The notes below the pieces were generated by a model. It did no database searches, was not told the DNA's origin, and saw nothing but the letters and a program-made list of their open reading frames with translations. From Bacillota bacterium (GTDB taxonomy: Bacteria; Patescibacteriota; Minisyncoccia; Phycocordibacterales; Phycocordibacteraceae), in assembly GCA_050260455.1 (NCBI GenBank), contig JBLNCF010000017.1:639-64638 (forward strand): a DNA stretch of 64,000 bases, given 5' to 3'. Of the stretch, positions 36,042-45,955 are shown piece by piece. Made by a program: the position numbers and the translations under genes. The number at the start of each line of letters is the position of its first letter. Position 1 is the first letter of the stretch.

Positions 36042-36829
36042 ACTAACGACGAGCCGACAACCTCAAGAAGTTTCTCGTGGTATTTCTTGGTGCCCGCGCA
36101 AATGAATCCGTTTATCTCTTTATCGTATCGCTGGATGTTGCCGGCAAGATCAGACGTATAGCCACCCGCTTCTTCAACAATGACCTTTGAGGCGGCTGCA
36201 TCCCAGGGACGTTTGCCGGGGAACACGACTGCCTCAATCTGACCGGCGGCAACGAGCATTTGGGCATAGATCGTCGAGCTATAGGAAAGGAAACGTACAT
36301 CGCGTTCATGGAGGCGCTCGAAGAACGAGAAATCTTTAAAGCCGCGATGGTGATCGGTCTCGATGTAGCTGCGCTCAAGTTCTGTACGTGAGGAGGTGTG
36401 TATGGATACACCATTCAAGTACGCACCGCCCCCTTTGGTCGCATGGTAGAGACGCTTGGTGTGCGGATCATGGACGACACCGAGTACCGGTTCGCCATGG
36501 TGTACCAAAGCAAGGGCAAATACATTCGTGGGAACGCCGCGCAAAAAAGGGACGGTACCGTCGATAGGATCGAAGACCCATGCGTATTCACTCTCAACTT
36601 CTTTCCTACCTTCTTCGCCCACGAGGCTATGTTCAGGGAATGCTTCGGAGAGACGAGCGATGACGAGCTCGTTCACTATACGGTCCGCGTCGGTAACGGG
36701 GGAATAGTCGTCCTTGAGTTCATGCTTACTGCCGATGCCGAATGAATCAGAGATGATGCCGCCGGCCTCGTGGGCAACGGCGGTGGCACGTGCAAGATAT
36801 TCCTCCATAACGGCCTGATTGTACCTCAA
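36038..36829 (-). CDS. Inositol monophosphatase family protein (SuhB/IMPase-like)
   Basis: 'WVFDPIDGT' metal-binding motif and 'WDAAA' motif. Confidence 0.8.
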   Translation of the reverse strand: MRYNQAVMEEYLARATAVAHEAGGIISDSFGIGSKHELKDDYSPVTDADRIVNELVIARLSEAFPEHSLVGEEGRKEVESEYAWVFDPIDGTVPFLRGVPTNVFALALVHHGEPVLGVVHDPHTKRLYHATKGGGAYLNGVSIHTSSRTELERSYIETDHHRGFKDFSFFERLHERDVRFLSYSSTIYAQMLVAAGQIEAVVFPGKRPWDAAASKVIVEEAGGYTSDLAGNIQRYDKEINGFICAGTKKYHEKLLEVVGSSLV

Positions 36830-36882
36830 AGGATTATGTAGAGTTCATGAAGCAGAAGAGGCCACAGCACAATACCAGTTGG

Positions 36883-37587
36883 TCATGCTATGGCCTCAAG
36901 TTCAGGGTAGAGAGGGAACCAGCGGATGAGTAAGAGAACCTCGCCATCCCGAAGGGTGCGCTTTTCGCTCCATCGCCGTTTGGGCATTACGAGTCTCGTG
37001 CGAGCCTCTTTCACGAAACTCAAGATGCCGTAGTACGCGCTCGATTCATGTGGTTCCGGTTCCTCGTTAGGATCGGCTGAACCATGTTCATGATGTAGAT
37101 AGTACAGATGGTCCAAGCAAAGGACTCCCTTGAATGTTTCACTCCGCTCCAAGGGTTCTTTTACAGGGGGTCCAAGCAGTACCGGCTTCACCACGAAGTC
37201 GTCGGGCGACATACCCCATTCTTCTTCGAGGCAGCGAGCGGCCGTAAGAAGCGGCTTACCCAATTCGTGTGGAAGGACGGTCTCGCTCGCGGCGTAATCC
37301 TTAGGCTCGGGGTATTCGATTTTCACCGGCTCCCCATTCTCTCCGCGATGGAGATAAATACGTCCGACCTCACGAAGTTCGTATCCGTTCGACTCAATGG
37401 CGATCTTCACGCTGTGTGCATGTCGTTCGACGCGGCCGGTCTCCTCGTTGTATTTAAGTGTCGCTTCTCCTCTCTCTATTTCCTGACAAAGATCGTCGAG
37501 GGTCTTCAGCCCCTTATTGAACTCTTCGATATCAATCCCCCCCTTGGTCAGTATCGCGATGACTTCATCGCAAATTACGTCCGCCAT
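36883..37587 (-). CDS. Hypothetical protein
   Basis: 235 aa from Met 'MADVICDEV'; no recognisable domain. Confidence 0.4.
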   Translation of the reverse strand: MADVICDEVIAILTKGGIDIEEFNKGLKTLDDLCQEIERGEATLKYNEETGRVERHAHSVKIAIESNGYELREVGRIYLHRGENGEPVKIEYPEPKDYAASETVLPHELGKPLLTAARCLEEEWGMSPDDFVVKPVLLGPPVKEPLERSETFKGVLCLDHLYYLHHEHGSADPNEEPEPHESSAYYGILSFVKEARTRLVMPKRRWSEKRTLRDGEVLLLIRWFPLYPELEAIA

Positions 37588-37647
37588 GGCGGCACCTCCC
37601 AAGTGGTTTACCCACCGGAAGCGTACTATCTGAAAGACAAATTGCAA

Positions 37648-39669
37648 CTAGCCCAGTTCAGGAATGACGCGCTTTAGATCAGCGAATCCAGCAGGCTTCA
37701 CAAGATAATGGTCGAAACCTGCTCGTTTGCCGCGTTCTTTCGCTTCTTCCGTGCTGAAACCGGTGAGTGCGATGAGACGTCCTGTATAGCCACGTTCGCG
37801 GAGAAGTCTCGCCACTTCGTATCCATCACGGTCGGGGAGACCGACATCCAGCAACACAACATTAGGTGAGTGACCGATTGTCTGGTCGATGGCTTGGCCT
37901 CCATCATAGGCATACATGACACGACATCCTCGGAGCTCTAGCAATCTACCGATGCCAGCAGCAGCAGCGTCATTGTCGTCCACAACAAGTACAAGCAAAT
38001 TGTGATGAGTGGGTGCCTGCAATTCGGTCGTTGTGTCCGTGAGGGGTCGTTCAGCAAGGTCGTAGAGAGGGAGGTGAACGATGAACTGGCTCCCCTTGCC
38101 CTTGCCTGCACTCTTTGCCGTTACTGTGCCATCGTGCATTTCGACAAAACTGCGGACGAGTGCCAATCCGATGCCAAGACCTTTTTTGTTGTGAGACGTC
38201 CCGTCAGCTTGGTGGAAGGGAACAAAGATAGCCTCAAGATCTTTAGGGTGAATACCGATGCCGTGATCGCTAACGATGACCTCCACAGTCTGTTCATTAC
38301 AGAGCTGCATGGATACGGTGATGGTGTCTCCCGGATGCGTGTATTTGGAAGCGTTCGTAATGAGGTTGGAAAAGACTTGTTCAAGGCGCACCGGATCGCC
38401 GAGGACGAACTCTTTACGCTTGGGAAGTTTAAGGGCGAGAGTCTGGTGACGCTCCTTGATGTAGTGTTCGGTTGAGATGATCGCGCGACGGAGAATGCCT
38501 TCAAGTTCAAGGGGCTCCCGTTTAAGTGCAATCTTACCTTCAGAAATACGCGAGATGTCGAGCAGGTCGTCGAGAAGACGACGAATGGTATTCATACGGT
38601 CTTCCATGATGTCGAGCGTGTCGAGTTCTTCTTGGTCGCGGCCAGGCTTTAATTTCAACAGGTCAATACCGGACATAACCGGAGCAAGTGGGTTGCGCAA
38701 TTCATGAGCCAAGATGGCGATGAAATCGTTCTTCGCGTTCGATTCCGAACTGATGCGTGCGACAGCATTCTCAAGCATGGACACCTGTGAACGCATGACA
38801 TTAGTGCTCACCCGTCGATCCTCTTCGAGCGAGACAATGGTGTAGAAGAAAATGGAAAGCACAATAAGGAACAGGTCGACCTCGTACATTCGTGCGGCAA
38901 GGTCAGGACGAGGATGAGCAAGAAGGCTTCCTACGGCAAACAGTGCGAGTAGTAGAAGAGCGAGTGTTATGAAACGAGGACGAAGCCGCAGTGCAATCCA
39001 GAACAAAGGAATGAGGAGAAAATACACGAGGGGTATACCAAGCACGACGCTCACGCCCATGGGGAAGATAAGAACGGAAAGTGCGATCAAGAAACTGAAG
39101 ACCACCACAAGTTCTACCCCCTCGATGACTGATCGGTTGAATCGGGGCTTGGCAAACCACCGCAAGATAAACGGAGTGATGACCAGCAAGCTCGTTTCCA
39201 TGGCGACCCACTGACGCCACCAGGTGAGCGTCGATACCGGATAGCCGAACGCACTTCCCACCAATGCAGAAAGGAGTGGCACGATCGTTGCGGTCACCAT
39301 AGAGATGCCGATGAAATAGAACGTATCGCGATAGCGGCGGAAGAGGGGATCAATGTGCTCTCGGCGCAGCAGATATGCTCCGGCACTTGCTTGCAAGGCG
39401 GTAAAGATAGGGTAGGCAACCGTGACCAGTAGTGGTGCGTGATTGCGCAGCGCCACGATAAGCGCAGCTGCTGCCACGAATGGAGTCATACGCATGCCTC
39501 CGAAGAAGAAACCGGCGAGCGCTATGGCTGCCGCAGGGTATATCTGAACGCCAGGTGGCGTGAATATCCAGGCGAGTTCAGCGACGAAGACATATCCGGC
39601 GAATGTCAGTGCTGCCGTCCGCAACTCTTGGAACGTGTACGGGCGGAGATAGGAGGAGAACCGAGTCAT
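37648..39669 (-). CDS. Hybrid sensor histidine kinase / response regulator with N-terminal polytopic sensor domain
   Basis: H-box 'ILAHELRNPLAPV', HATPase_c region, C-terminal receiver 'LVVDDNDAAA...LLDVGLPDRDGYEV'. Confidence 0.8.
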   Translation of the reverse strand: MTRFSSYLRPYTFQELRTAALTFAGYVFVAELAWIFTPPGVQIYPAAAIALAGFFFGGMRMTPFVAAAALIVALRNHAPLLVTVAYPIFTALQASAGAYLLRREHIDPLFRRYRDTFYFIGISMVTATIVPLLSALVGSAFGYPVSTLTWWRQWVAMETSLLVITPFILRWFAKPRFNRSVIEGVELVVVFSFLIALSVLIFPMGVSVVLGIPLVYFLLIPLFWIALRLRPRFITLALLLLALFAVGSLLAHPRPDLAARMYEVDLFLIVLSIFFYTIVSLEEDRRVSTNVMRSQVSMLENAVARISSESNAKNDFIAILAHELRNPLAPVMSGIDLLKLKPGRDQEELDTLDIMEDRMNTIRRLLDDLLDISRISEGKIALKREPLELEGILRRAIISTEHYIKERHQTLALKLPKRKEFVLGDPVRLEQVFSNLITNASKYTHPGDTITVSMQLCNEQTVEVIVSDHGIGIHPKDLEAIFVPFHQADGTSHNKKGLGIGLALVRSFVEMHDGTVTAKSAGKGKGSQFIVHLPLYDLAERPLTDTTTELQAPTHHNLLVLVVDDNDAAAAGIGRLLELRGCRVMYAYDGGQAIDQTIGHSPNVVLLDVGLPDRDGYEVARLLRERGYTGRLIALTGFSTEEAKERGKRAGFDHYLVKPAGFADLKRVIPELG

Positions 39670-39751
39670 GTGGTAGTAGTGCCGAGTATAGCAGGGAGAA
39701 AAATGAACGATTAATGAAAATCGCCGGGTGATCCGGCGATTTTCATCTTTC

Positions 39752-40873
39752 TTACTTCTTCTTACCCGAGTAGGAGAGCGTCATGCGCTGATCCTTTGGC
39801 TCGAAGAGCGTGATGGTGAACGGATAGGCCTTGCCAAGTTCGAGAGTCTCGCGAAGCTCTGCTGGGGAAGCGAACTCGCTGATATGTACGAGGCCAGCGA
39901 CACCTTCCTCGATGGAAGCGAGTGCGCCATGCTTGTTGTACTTGATGATGACACCCTCGACTTCCATACCCTTCTTGTAGCGATCAGATGCCGTCTTCCA
40001 CGGATTCTCCTTGAGAGCCTTGATGGAGAGGGAAATCTTGCCGTCCTTGATCTCGATGACCTTCACCTGAACCTTGTCGCCCACATTGAAGAGGGCGCGA
40101 GGATCCTCAACGAGACCCCAGTCGAGTTCGCTGATGTGTACGAGACCCTCGAGACCCTGCTCGAGCTTCACGAAGACACCGAAGTCGACAGCGCCCGTGA
40201 CTTCGCCTTCAACGACATCTCCCACCTGGTACTTGTCGATAAGGTTTGCCTTCTCCTGCTCCTCGTCACCGGCGCGCTCAGAGAAGATGAGCTTACCCTC
40301 CTTCGGATCTGCGGTGATGATGCGGACCGGGAGGACCTGGCCCACGAGCTTCACAAGCTCACCGAAGATCTTCTCCTTGTCGCCTTCCGGAACACGCGGA
40401 TAGTGCTCCTTGGCAAGCTGGGAAGCAGGGAGGAAGCCCTGGATGCCCTGCCAGGAAAGGATAAGGCCACCCTTGTTGGCTTCTTCAACCGTGAGGTTGT
40501 AAATGGTCTGGCTTACGATTGCGGTTTCCGCTTCGCTCCAGATAGCTGCCTGACGAGCCTCCTTGAGGGAAAGTTCGATATAGCCCTCGATGCCTGCCGC
40601 ATCGACGACCTTGGCGGTGATGACATCCCCTGGGTTTGCCTTGCGAAGCACGTCGGCTGCGTTCAGGTATTCACGACCGTAGATGATGCCGGTGCCGTAG
40701 GGCGGGAGGTCGACATAGAGACGACCCCGAACGAGCTCAATAATCGTACCCTCCACGAGATCACCCGGACGGGGTGGGGCAGGAATGCGGTCGATAAGCC
40801 CCTCCATCGGATGGCCGGGCTCCACAACTACAGTACTTGCGACCGGAGCGGTCACTTTCTTCTCCTCTTCCAT
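39752..40873 (-). CDS. rpsA: 30S ribosomal protein S1 (short, 4 S1 domains)
   Basis: Repeated S1 OB-fold motifs; trimmed to Met 'MEEEKKVTAPVA' at 40873. Confidence 0.85.
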   Translation of the reverse strand: MEEEKKVTAPVASTVVVEPGHPMEGLIDRIPAPPRPGDLVEGTIIELVRGRLYVDLPPYGTGIIYGREYLNAADVLRKANPGDVITAKVVDAAGIEGYIELSLKEARQAAIWSEAETAIVSQTIYNLTVEEANKGGLILSWQGIQGFLPASQLAKEHYPRVPEGDKEKIFGELVKLVGQVLPVRIITADPKEGKLIFSERAGDEEQEKANLIDKYQVGDVVEGEVTGAVDFGVFVKLEQGLEGLVHISELDWGLVEDPRALFNVGDKVQVKVIEIKDGKISLSIKALKENPWKTASDRYKKGMEVEGVIIKYNKHGALASIEEGVAGLVHISEFASPAELRETLELGKAYPFTITLFEPKDQRMTLSYSGKKK

Positions 40874-40989
40874 ATATAAAGGACGCGTGCGTTCGCGGCG
40901 GGTACTGATTCCTTGCGGTTTCAGGGCTAGCCCACTCGCTACTGGCCTCGCGTACTGACGATCGGAATATACCAGATTATATATAAAGT

Positions 40990-41450
40990 GAAAACCCCCG
41001 CAGAGCTTCCGAGGAAGACTGCGGGGGTTGGTCGAATCCGGCTCGACCACCGAAAGGGGTTTATGACCAGGGCAGGGCAGGACGAGGTCCTACCGCGGCC
41101 CGAGCCAGGTTCAGGTGGCCGTGTCGTGGCCCAGGGCGCCGGCGCCGTCGGTGAAGGCCTTCATCGTCATCGCGTGAGGAGGACTCGTCTTTTGGAACCT
41201 GTGGGTCATGGTGACCTCCCTTTGAGTTCTACCGGAAACAGTCATCCTGGCTGCCCAGGTGCTTCCAGTGTCAGGCCGGATGGCAAGACCTGGTAACGCT
41301 AGCATGGCCGTCGCGTTTGTCAAACGCGAAAAGTGTGGTGTGGATAACTTTCTTGGTGAGGCGAGCAGGGGAGTGGGGAAAAGGAAGAAGAGCTCGACCC
41401 CCGATCGAGCTCTTCTAAATGACCCTCCTTTCGTCTGCGCGGCAAAGCCG
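40990..41450 (+). ncRNA. Candidate structured ncRNA, possibly RNase P RNA (rnpB); strand and ends uncertain
   Basis: 680-bp gene-free gap; 9-bp GC hairpin at 40994-41030; 'cgaaagGGGTTTATGACCagggcagg' mirrors the spacing of the bacterial RNase P 'GGAAAG-N12-AGGGCAGG' (P4/J region); 'cctttcg' complementary to 'cgaaagg' at ~41437. Not verified. Confidence 0.25.
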
Positions 41451-41555
41451 CTCGGTTGAAAAAGGGAGAGGGTAAGCAGGTACTACATATAGCCTAGCAC
41501 GTGTCCCGGATTCTTGTTTCTGCTAATTCCCTTTCGTGATAAAATTGAAGCATTC

Positions 41556-42197
41556 ATGGTTATCACCCACCACGGCGGTCAGTGCTTTAAGGTCACCTTT
41601 GGTGACCTGACGCTTGTCTTCGACCCCATCTCAAAGAAAGGCTCTCTCCCAGCTGTTCGTTTCGGAGCAGACATTGCGCTTGTCTCCCGCAATCACCCAG
41701 ACATGAACGGCGTGGATGAAGTCTCCTTCGCGGGTAAAGAGCCCTTCGTCATCAGTGGACCGGGCGAATACGAGCACTCGGGCGTCACCGTGCAGGGCTT
41801 TATGACTAAGAGCGAGTACGGGCTCGCTAAAGGGCAGTCCGAAGCAGTGAACACGGTATATGCCGTGAACCTCGAAGGGATGACATTGGTCCACTTGGGT
41901 GCCATGAGCGATCCTATGCTTTCCCAGGAAGCGCGCGAAGCCATTGATGAAATAGATGTGCTCTTCCTTCCGGTTGGTGGGGATGGTGTACTCGATGCGG
42001 CTGCAGCAACCAAGCTCGCCGTGACACTTGAGCCCCGTATCATTATTCCTATGCACTGGAGCGGCATGGGCGAGCCCAAGTCGCTCGATCTTTACCTCAA
42101 GGAGGAAGGTAATGGGTCAGAGAAGGTCGATAAACTTACGCTCAAAAAGAAGGATGCAGCCGAAAAGGATGGTGCTATCATAGTGATAACGCCCTAA
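41556..42197 (+). CDS. MBL-fold metallo-hydrolase
   Basis: 'HHGGQCFKV...DP' His motif and beta-lactamase-fold layout; trimmed to Met 'MVITHHGG'. Confidence 0.65.
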   Translation: MVITHHGGQCFKVTFGDLTLVFDPISKKGSLPAVRFGADIALVSRNHPDMNGVDEVSFAGKEPFVISGPGEYEHSGVTVQGFMTKSEYGLAKGQSEAVNTVYAVNLEGMTLVHLGAMSDPMLSQEAREAIDEIDVLFLPVGGDGVLDAAAATKLAVTLEPRIIIPMHWSGMGEPKSLDLYLKEEGNGSEKVDKLTLKKKDAAEKDGAIIVITP

Positions 42198-42202
42198 TCC
42201 CC

Positions 42203-42571
42203 TTGCCTATGGAACCCAAGCGTATACACGAAGTCGTCCATACGCTCCGCCAGAAACCGCAGCATGTGCGGGAGAATATCGCTCTCGGTGTTTCGGGAGG
42301 TGTTACCCTCCTCGTGGCACTCGGTTGGCTTGCCGCGACAGTCTCGGGCGGCGTGCTCGCTCCTTCATCCGGCACCCTCGCGGATAACCACGCAGATGTA
42401 AAACAGGCGTTGTCCGATGGACAAAACAACTTCTCGACACTTCTCGGTGCTGCAGGAGCTGCTATGGGTGCAAGTTCGTCTCCTGCAACCATCACGATCG
42501 TTGATACGGAGGTACATTCCACGCTCGACCAGCCTTCCGTTCCTGCTGACGCGACCGTCATTCACTTTTAA
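42203..42571 (+). CDS. Hypothetical membrane-anchored protein
   Basis: 122 aa, one TM ('[14 protein letters not shown]'), Ala/Gly-rich. Confidence 0.35.
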   Translation: MPMEPKRIHEVVHTLRQKPQHVRENIALGVSGGVTLLVALGWLAATVSGGVLAPSSGTLADNHADVKQALSDGQNNFSTLLGAAGAAMGASSSPATITIVDTEVHSTLDQPSVPADATVIHF

Positions 42572-42573
42572 GT

Positions 42574-45045
42574 ATGGCTAAGAAGAAGTCTGAAGACGCA
42601 GCACCGGCGCCGATTGAGCGCGTTTCCATAATTGATCAGCCTATTGTGGCCGAGATGCGTTCCTCGTATCTCGACTACGCGATGTCGGTCATCACCTCGC
42701 GCGCGCTTCCTGATGTGCGTGACGGATTGAAGCCAGTGCATCGCCGCATCCTCTATGCCATGGGCGAGCTCGGTCTTTCCGCGAGCGCGAAGTTCCGCAA
42801 GTCGGCACTCGTGGTGGGTGAGGTGCTCGGTAAGTACCATCCACACGGCGATGTGGCGGTGTACGACGCGATGGTGAAGCTTGCACAGGACTTCACGACG
42901 CGATATCCGCTCGTGCTCGGACAGGGAAACTTCGGCTCGGTGGACGGCGACCCTCCTGCCGCCATGCGTTATACCGAAGCCAAAATGTCGCGGTTGGGAA
43001 GCGACATGCTTCGCGATTTGGAAAAGGAGACCGTCGACTGGACCCCGAACTATGACGGTTCGCATCAAGAACCCCTGGTGCTTCCAGCTGCCGTACCGAA
43101 CCTTCTTTTGAACGGTACGCTTGGTATCGCCGTGGGTATGGCGACCAATATTCCGCCACATAACCTGCGTGAAGTGGCCGCTGCGACTATTCATTTGATA
43201 GAGAATCCCGAGGCCACCACCGACGATCTTCTTGGGTTCGTGAAGGGCCCCGACTTCCCTCTCGGTGGTATCGCATTTAATCAGGCTGACATTAAGCATG
43301 CGTACACTAACGGCAAAGGCCCCGTCGTGGTACGTGGTGAGGCGGACATTGTCGAAGACAAAAAGGGAACGCAGATCGTCATCACTTCCATTCCGTTCCG
43401 GGTAAATAAAGCTGACCTTATTACCCGCATTGCAGAGCTTGTACGTGATAAGAAGATCGAAGGTATTAGAGACCTTCGCGATGAATCCACTGCCGATATT
43501 CGTGTGGTGGTAGAGCTGAAGGGTACAGCGCACCCACAGAACGTACTGAACGCCCTCTACAAACACACCGAGCTTGAGAGCACCTTCCACTACAACATGC
43601 TTGCGCTTGTTGAGGGAGTACCGGAAACGCTCTCTCTAAAGAGCATGATCGAGCACTTCATTGCGCATCGCGAAGTGGTGGTGAAGCGCCGCACGGAATA
43701 TGATCTGCGTAAGGCGGAAGAGCGCGAGCACATTCTTCTCGGTCTCTCCAAAGCACTCGACCATATTGATGAGGTCATTGCCATCATCAAGAAATCCAAG
43801 GATGTCCCGACTGCGAGCGAGGCGCTCATGAAGAAGTTTGGTTTCAGTGATCGCCAGACTGCTGCAATTCTCGCCATGCGCCTCCAGACGCTTGCTGGTC
43901 TTGAACGCAAGAAGATCGAGGACGAACTTACCGAGATCCAGGAAATCATCAAGAAGCTCAAGAAAATCCTTTCTTCGCAGAAGAATATTCTCGCAGTCGT
44001 GCGTGATGAGCTTTCCGAGGTTGCCGAAAAGTACGGCGATGATCGCCGCACGAAGATAGTGAGGGGTGGCGTGAAGAACATCTCGATTGAGGATCTCGTG
44101 CCGGACGAAGAGTCCGTCCTCGTCCTTACCGCAGGGGGGTATGTGAAGCGCACCAACCCAAATGAGTACAAGGCGCAGAAGCGCGGTGGCGTGGGTGTCA
44201 TCGATATGTCCACCAAGGAAGAGGATGTGGTCACGCACTTCTTGGTGGCGTCCGCCCATTCAGACCTCCTCTTCTTCACGGACAAGGGAAAGGCGTATCA
44301 GACCAAGATGTACGACATTCCGGAGGGTCGCCGCGCAACTAAGGGTAAGTCCATCATGAACTTCCTGCCGCTTGCTGCCGACGAAAAAGTGACGAGCGTG
44401 CTCCCGGTGCCTAAGGGAGCAGCACGCGATGCCATGAGTGTATTCTTCGTGACCTCCGAGGGCGTCGTAAAGAAAGTCGAAGCCAAGAACTTTGCCGACG
44501 TGCGCCGCTCGGGAATCATCGCCATCAATCTGAAGGGCAGCGATCGCCTGGTCTCTGCCATGCTTGCAGGAGATGGCGACTCCATTTCTATAGTGACCTC
44601 AAAGGGTCAATCCATTCGTTTTGATGAAGCCGATGCGCGTGCCATGGGCCGCACGGCTGCTGGAGTGCGCGGCATGAGCGTGAAGAAGGGTGATTACGTT
44701 GTATCGGCTGAAGTGGTGCCGGCTGATGCAAAGAATGCATCGCTCCTCGTCATCATGGATAAGGGGTATGGCAAGCAGACTGCCATGAGCGAATACAAGG
44801 TGCAGGGCCGCGGCGGCTCGGGCATCAAGACTGCCGAAGTGACCGCGAAGACTGGTGAGATCATCGGCGCGAAGATTCTGCTCGGTGATGAGGCGAACGA
44901 GCAAGAAGTGGTGGTCATTTCGAAGAAGGGCCAGGTTATTCGTTGTTCGGCCGGCGAGATTCCTTCGCTGTCACGCGCAACCCAGGGCGTCCGCATTATG
45001 AAGATGCGCGAAGGCGATTCCATTGCCTCGATGGTGGCGCTGTAA
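42574..45045 (+). CDS. gyrA: DNA gyrase subunit A
   Basis: '[29 protein letters not shown]' with the catalytic Tyr region; C-terminal beta-pinwheel repeats. Confidence 0.95.
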   Translation: MAKKKSEDAAPAPIERVSIIDQPIVAEMRSSYLDYAMSVITSRALPDVRDGLKPVHRRILYAMGELGLSASAKFRKSALVVGEVLGKYHPHGDVAVYDAMVKLAQDFTTRYPLVLGQGNFGSVDGDPPAAMRYTEAKMSRLGSDMLRDLEKETVDWTPNYDGSHQEPLVLPAAVPNLLLNGTLGIAVGMATNIPPHNLREVAAATIHLIENPEATTDDLLGFVKGPDFPLGGIAFNQADIKHAYTNGKGPVVVRGEADIVEDKKGTQIVITSIPFRVNKADLITRIAELVRDKKIEGIRDLRDESTADIRVVVELKGTAHPQNVLNALYKHTELESTFHYNMLALVEGVPETLSLKSMIEHFIAHREVVVKRRTEYDLRKAEEREHILLGLSKALDHIDEVIAIIKKSKDVPTASEALMKKFGFSDRQTAAILAMRLQTLAGLERKKIEDELTEIQEIIKKLKKILSSQKNILAVVRDELSEVAEKYGDDRRTKIVRGGVKNISIEDLVPDEESVLVLTAGGYVKRTNPNEYKAQKRGGVGVIDMSTKEEDVVTHFLVASAHSDLLFFTDKGKAYQTKMYDIPEGRRATKGKSIMNFLPLAADEKVTSVLPVPKGAARDAMSVFFVTSEGVVKKVEAKNFADVRRSGIIAINLKGSDRLVSAMLAGDGDSISIVTSKGQSIRFDEADARAMGRTAAGVRGMSVKKGDYVVSAEVVPADAKNASLLVIMDKGYGKQTAMSEYKVQGRGGSGIKTAEVTAKTGEIIGAKILLGDEANEQEVVVISKKGQVIRCSAGEIPSLSRATQGVRIMKMREGDSIASMVAL

Positions 45046-45093
45046 CCAGTGCTTCGTTGACACTCCTGGCTGCGGGAGTAAGCTCTCTGCAGG

Positions 45094-45120
45094 GCTGAGA
45101 ACGGGTCTCAGCCTTGTATT
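45094..45120 (+). terminator. Putative terminator after gyrA
   Basis: 'gctgaga-acggg-tctcagc' then 'cttgtattgtt'. Confidence 0.45.
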
Positions 45121-45337
45121 GTTACGGGGGAGTTACCGTGAAAGATCGTCAATTGTCGGATGCAGAACGCCAGGACCATGATCATGGCCACGTGCAGCGC
45201 CGGGAAACCTTCAGCGGAGGTCCGCTGGGGATCAGTCCCAGCGCGAGCGCGTGGAGGAACAGTCCGGCCGGGCAAGCCTACTGCAATCCGCCCAAGCATC
45301 GCCTCTTGTAACTAAGAGGACCGGACGGTCATCGGGG

Positions 45338-45375
45338 CGCGTCGTTCACTCGGCGCGCCTTCTCTTTTATAGTCA
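45338..45375 (+). terminator. Putative intrinsic terminator ending an unannotated transcript between gyrA and the methyltransferase gene
   Basis: 'ggcgcg-tcgttcactcg-gcgcgcc' followed by 'ttctcttttat'; a 'tataat' -10 box follows at ~45393. Confidence 0.4.
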
Positions 45376-45422
45376 GTGCACAAGAACGGCATGCGTATAA
45401 TCGCGCGTGCTATTTTTATTGC

Positions 45423-45953
45423 ATGCACTTTGCGGACCCGACGACAAACGTTCTCCAGATGGGACTTTCAGATGGCATGAAAGTTGCCGATCTTGGTGCG
45501 GGCTCGGGACACTATGCGCTCGCTGCGGCAGGAATTATCGGTCCTGCCGGTCGTGTGTACGCAGTGGATATCCAAGAAGATGTGTTGAAGCATGTCCGTG
45601 ATGAAGCGGGCAAGCGGGGCCTTAAGAATGTAGAAACTATCTGGGGAGATTTTGAGCGACCCGGAGGCACGAAACTTCGCGACGGGGTTGTTGATGCCGT
45701 GATTCTTTCAAATGTTTTGTTCCAGCTTGAAGACCGCTATTCCGCAGTCGCCGAGATTCGTCGCATTCTCGCACCAGGAGGGAAACTGCTCGTCGCTGAC
45801 TGGGCAGGGGCGTTCGGGGGTCTTGGTCCCGCCGAGGAGCACATCGTATCTGAACGCGACGCGGAGGAACTTTTCATAACGGCTGGGTTCCATAAAGTGA
45901 AGAGCTTCCGTGCTGGTCCCCATCATTACGCTATTATGTTCACATCTCCCTAG
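45423..45953 (+). CDS. Class I SAM-dependent methyltransferase
   Basis: Motif I 'VADLGAGSGHYA', motif II 'AVDI', post-I acidic residue; 176 aa. Confidence 0.75.
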   Translation: MHFADPTTNVLQMGLSDGMKVADLGAGSGHYALAAAGIIGPAGRVYAVDIQEDVLKHVRDEAGKRGLKNVETIWGDFERPGGTKLRDGVVDAVILSNVLFQLEDRYSAVAEIRRILAPGGKLLVADWAGAFGGLGPAEEHIVSERDAEELFITAGFHKVKSFRAGPHHYAIMFTSP

Positions 45954-45955
45954 CT

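Noticed and set aside
39728-40879. 383-aa plus-strand ORF
   Set aside because: Entirely antisense to the well-supported rpsA (S1) gene; no domain features; typical high-GC shadow ORF.
42568-44285. Two long minus-strand ORFs (340 aa and 231/207 aa)
   Set aside because: Antisense to gyrA, which has unmistakable conserved motifs; shadow ORFs.
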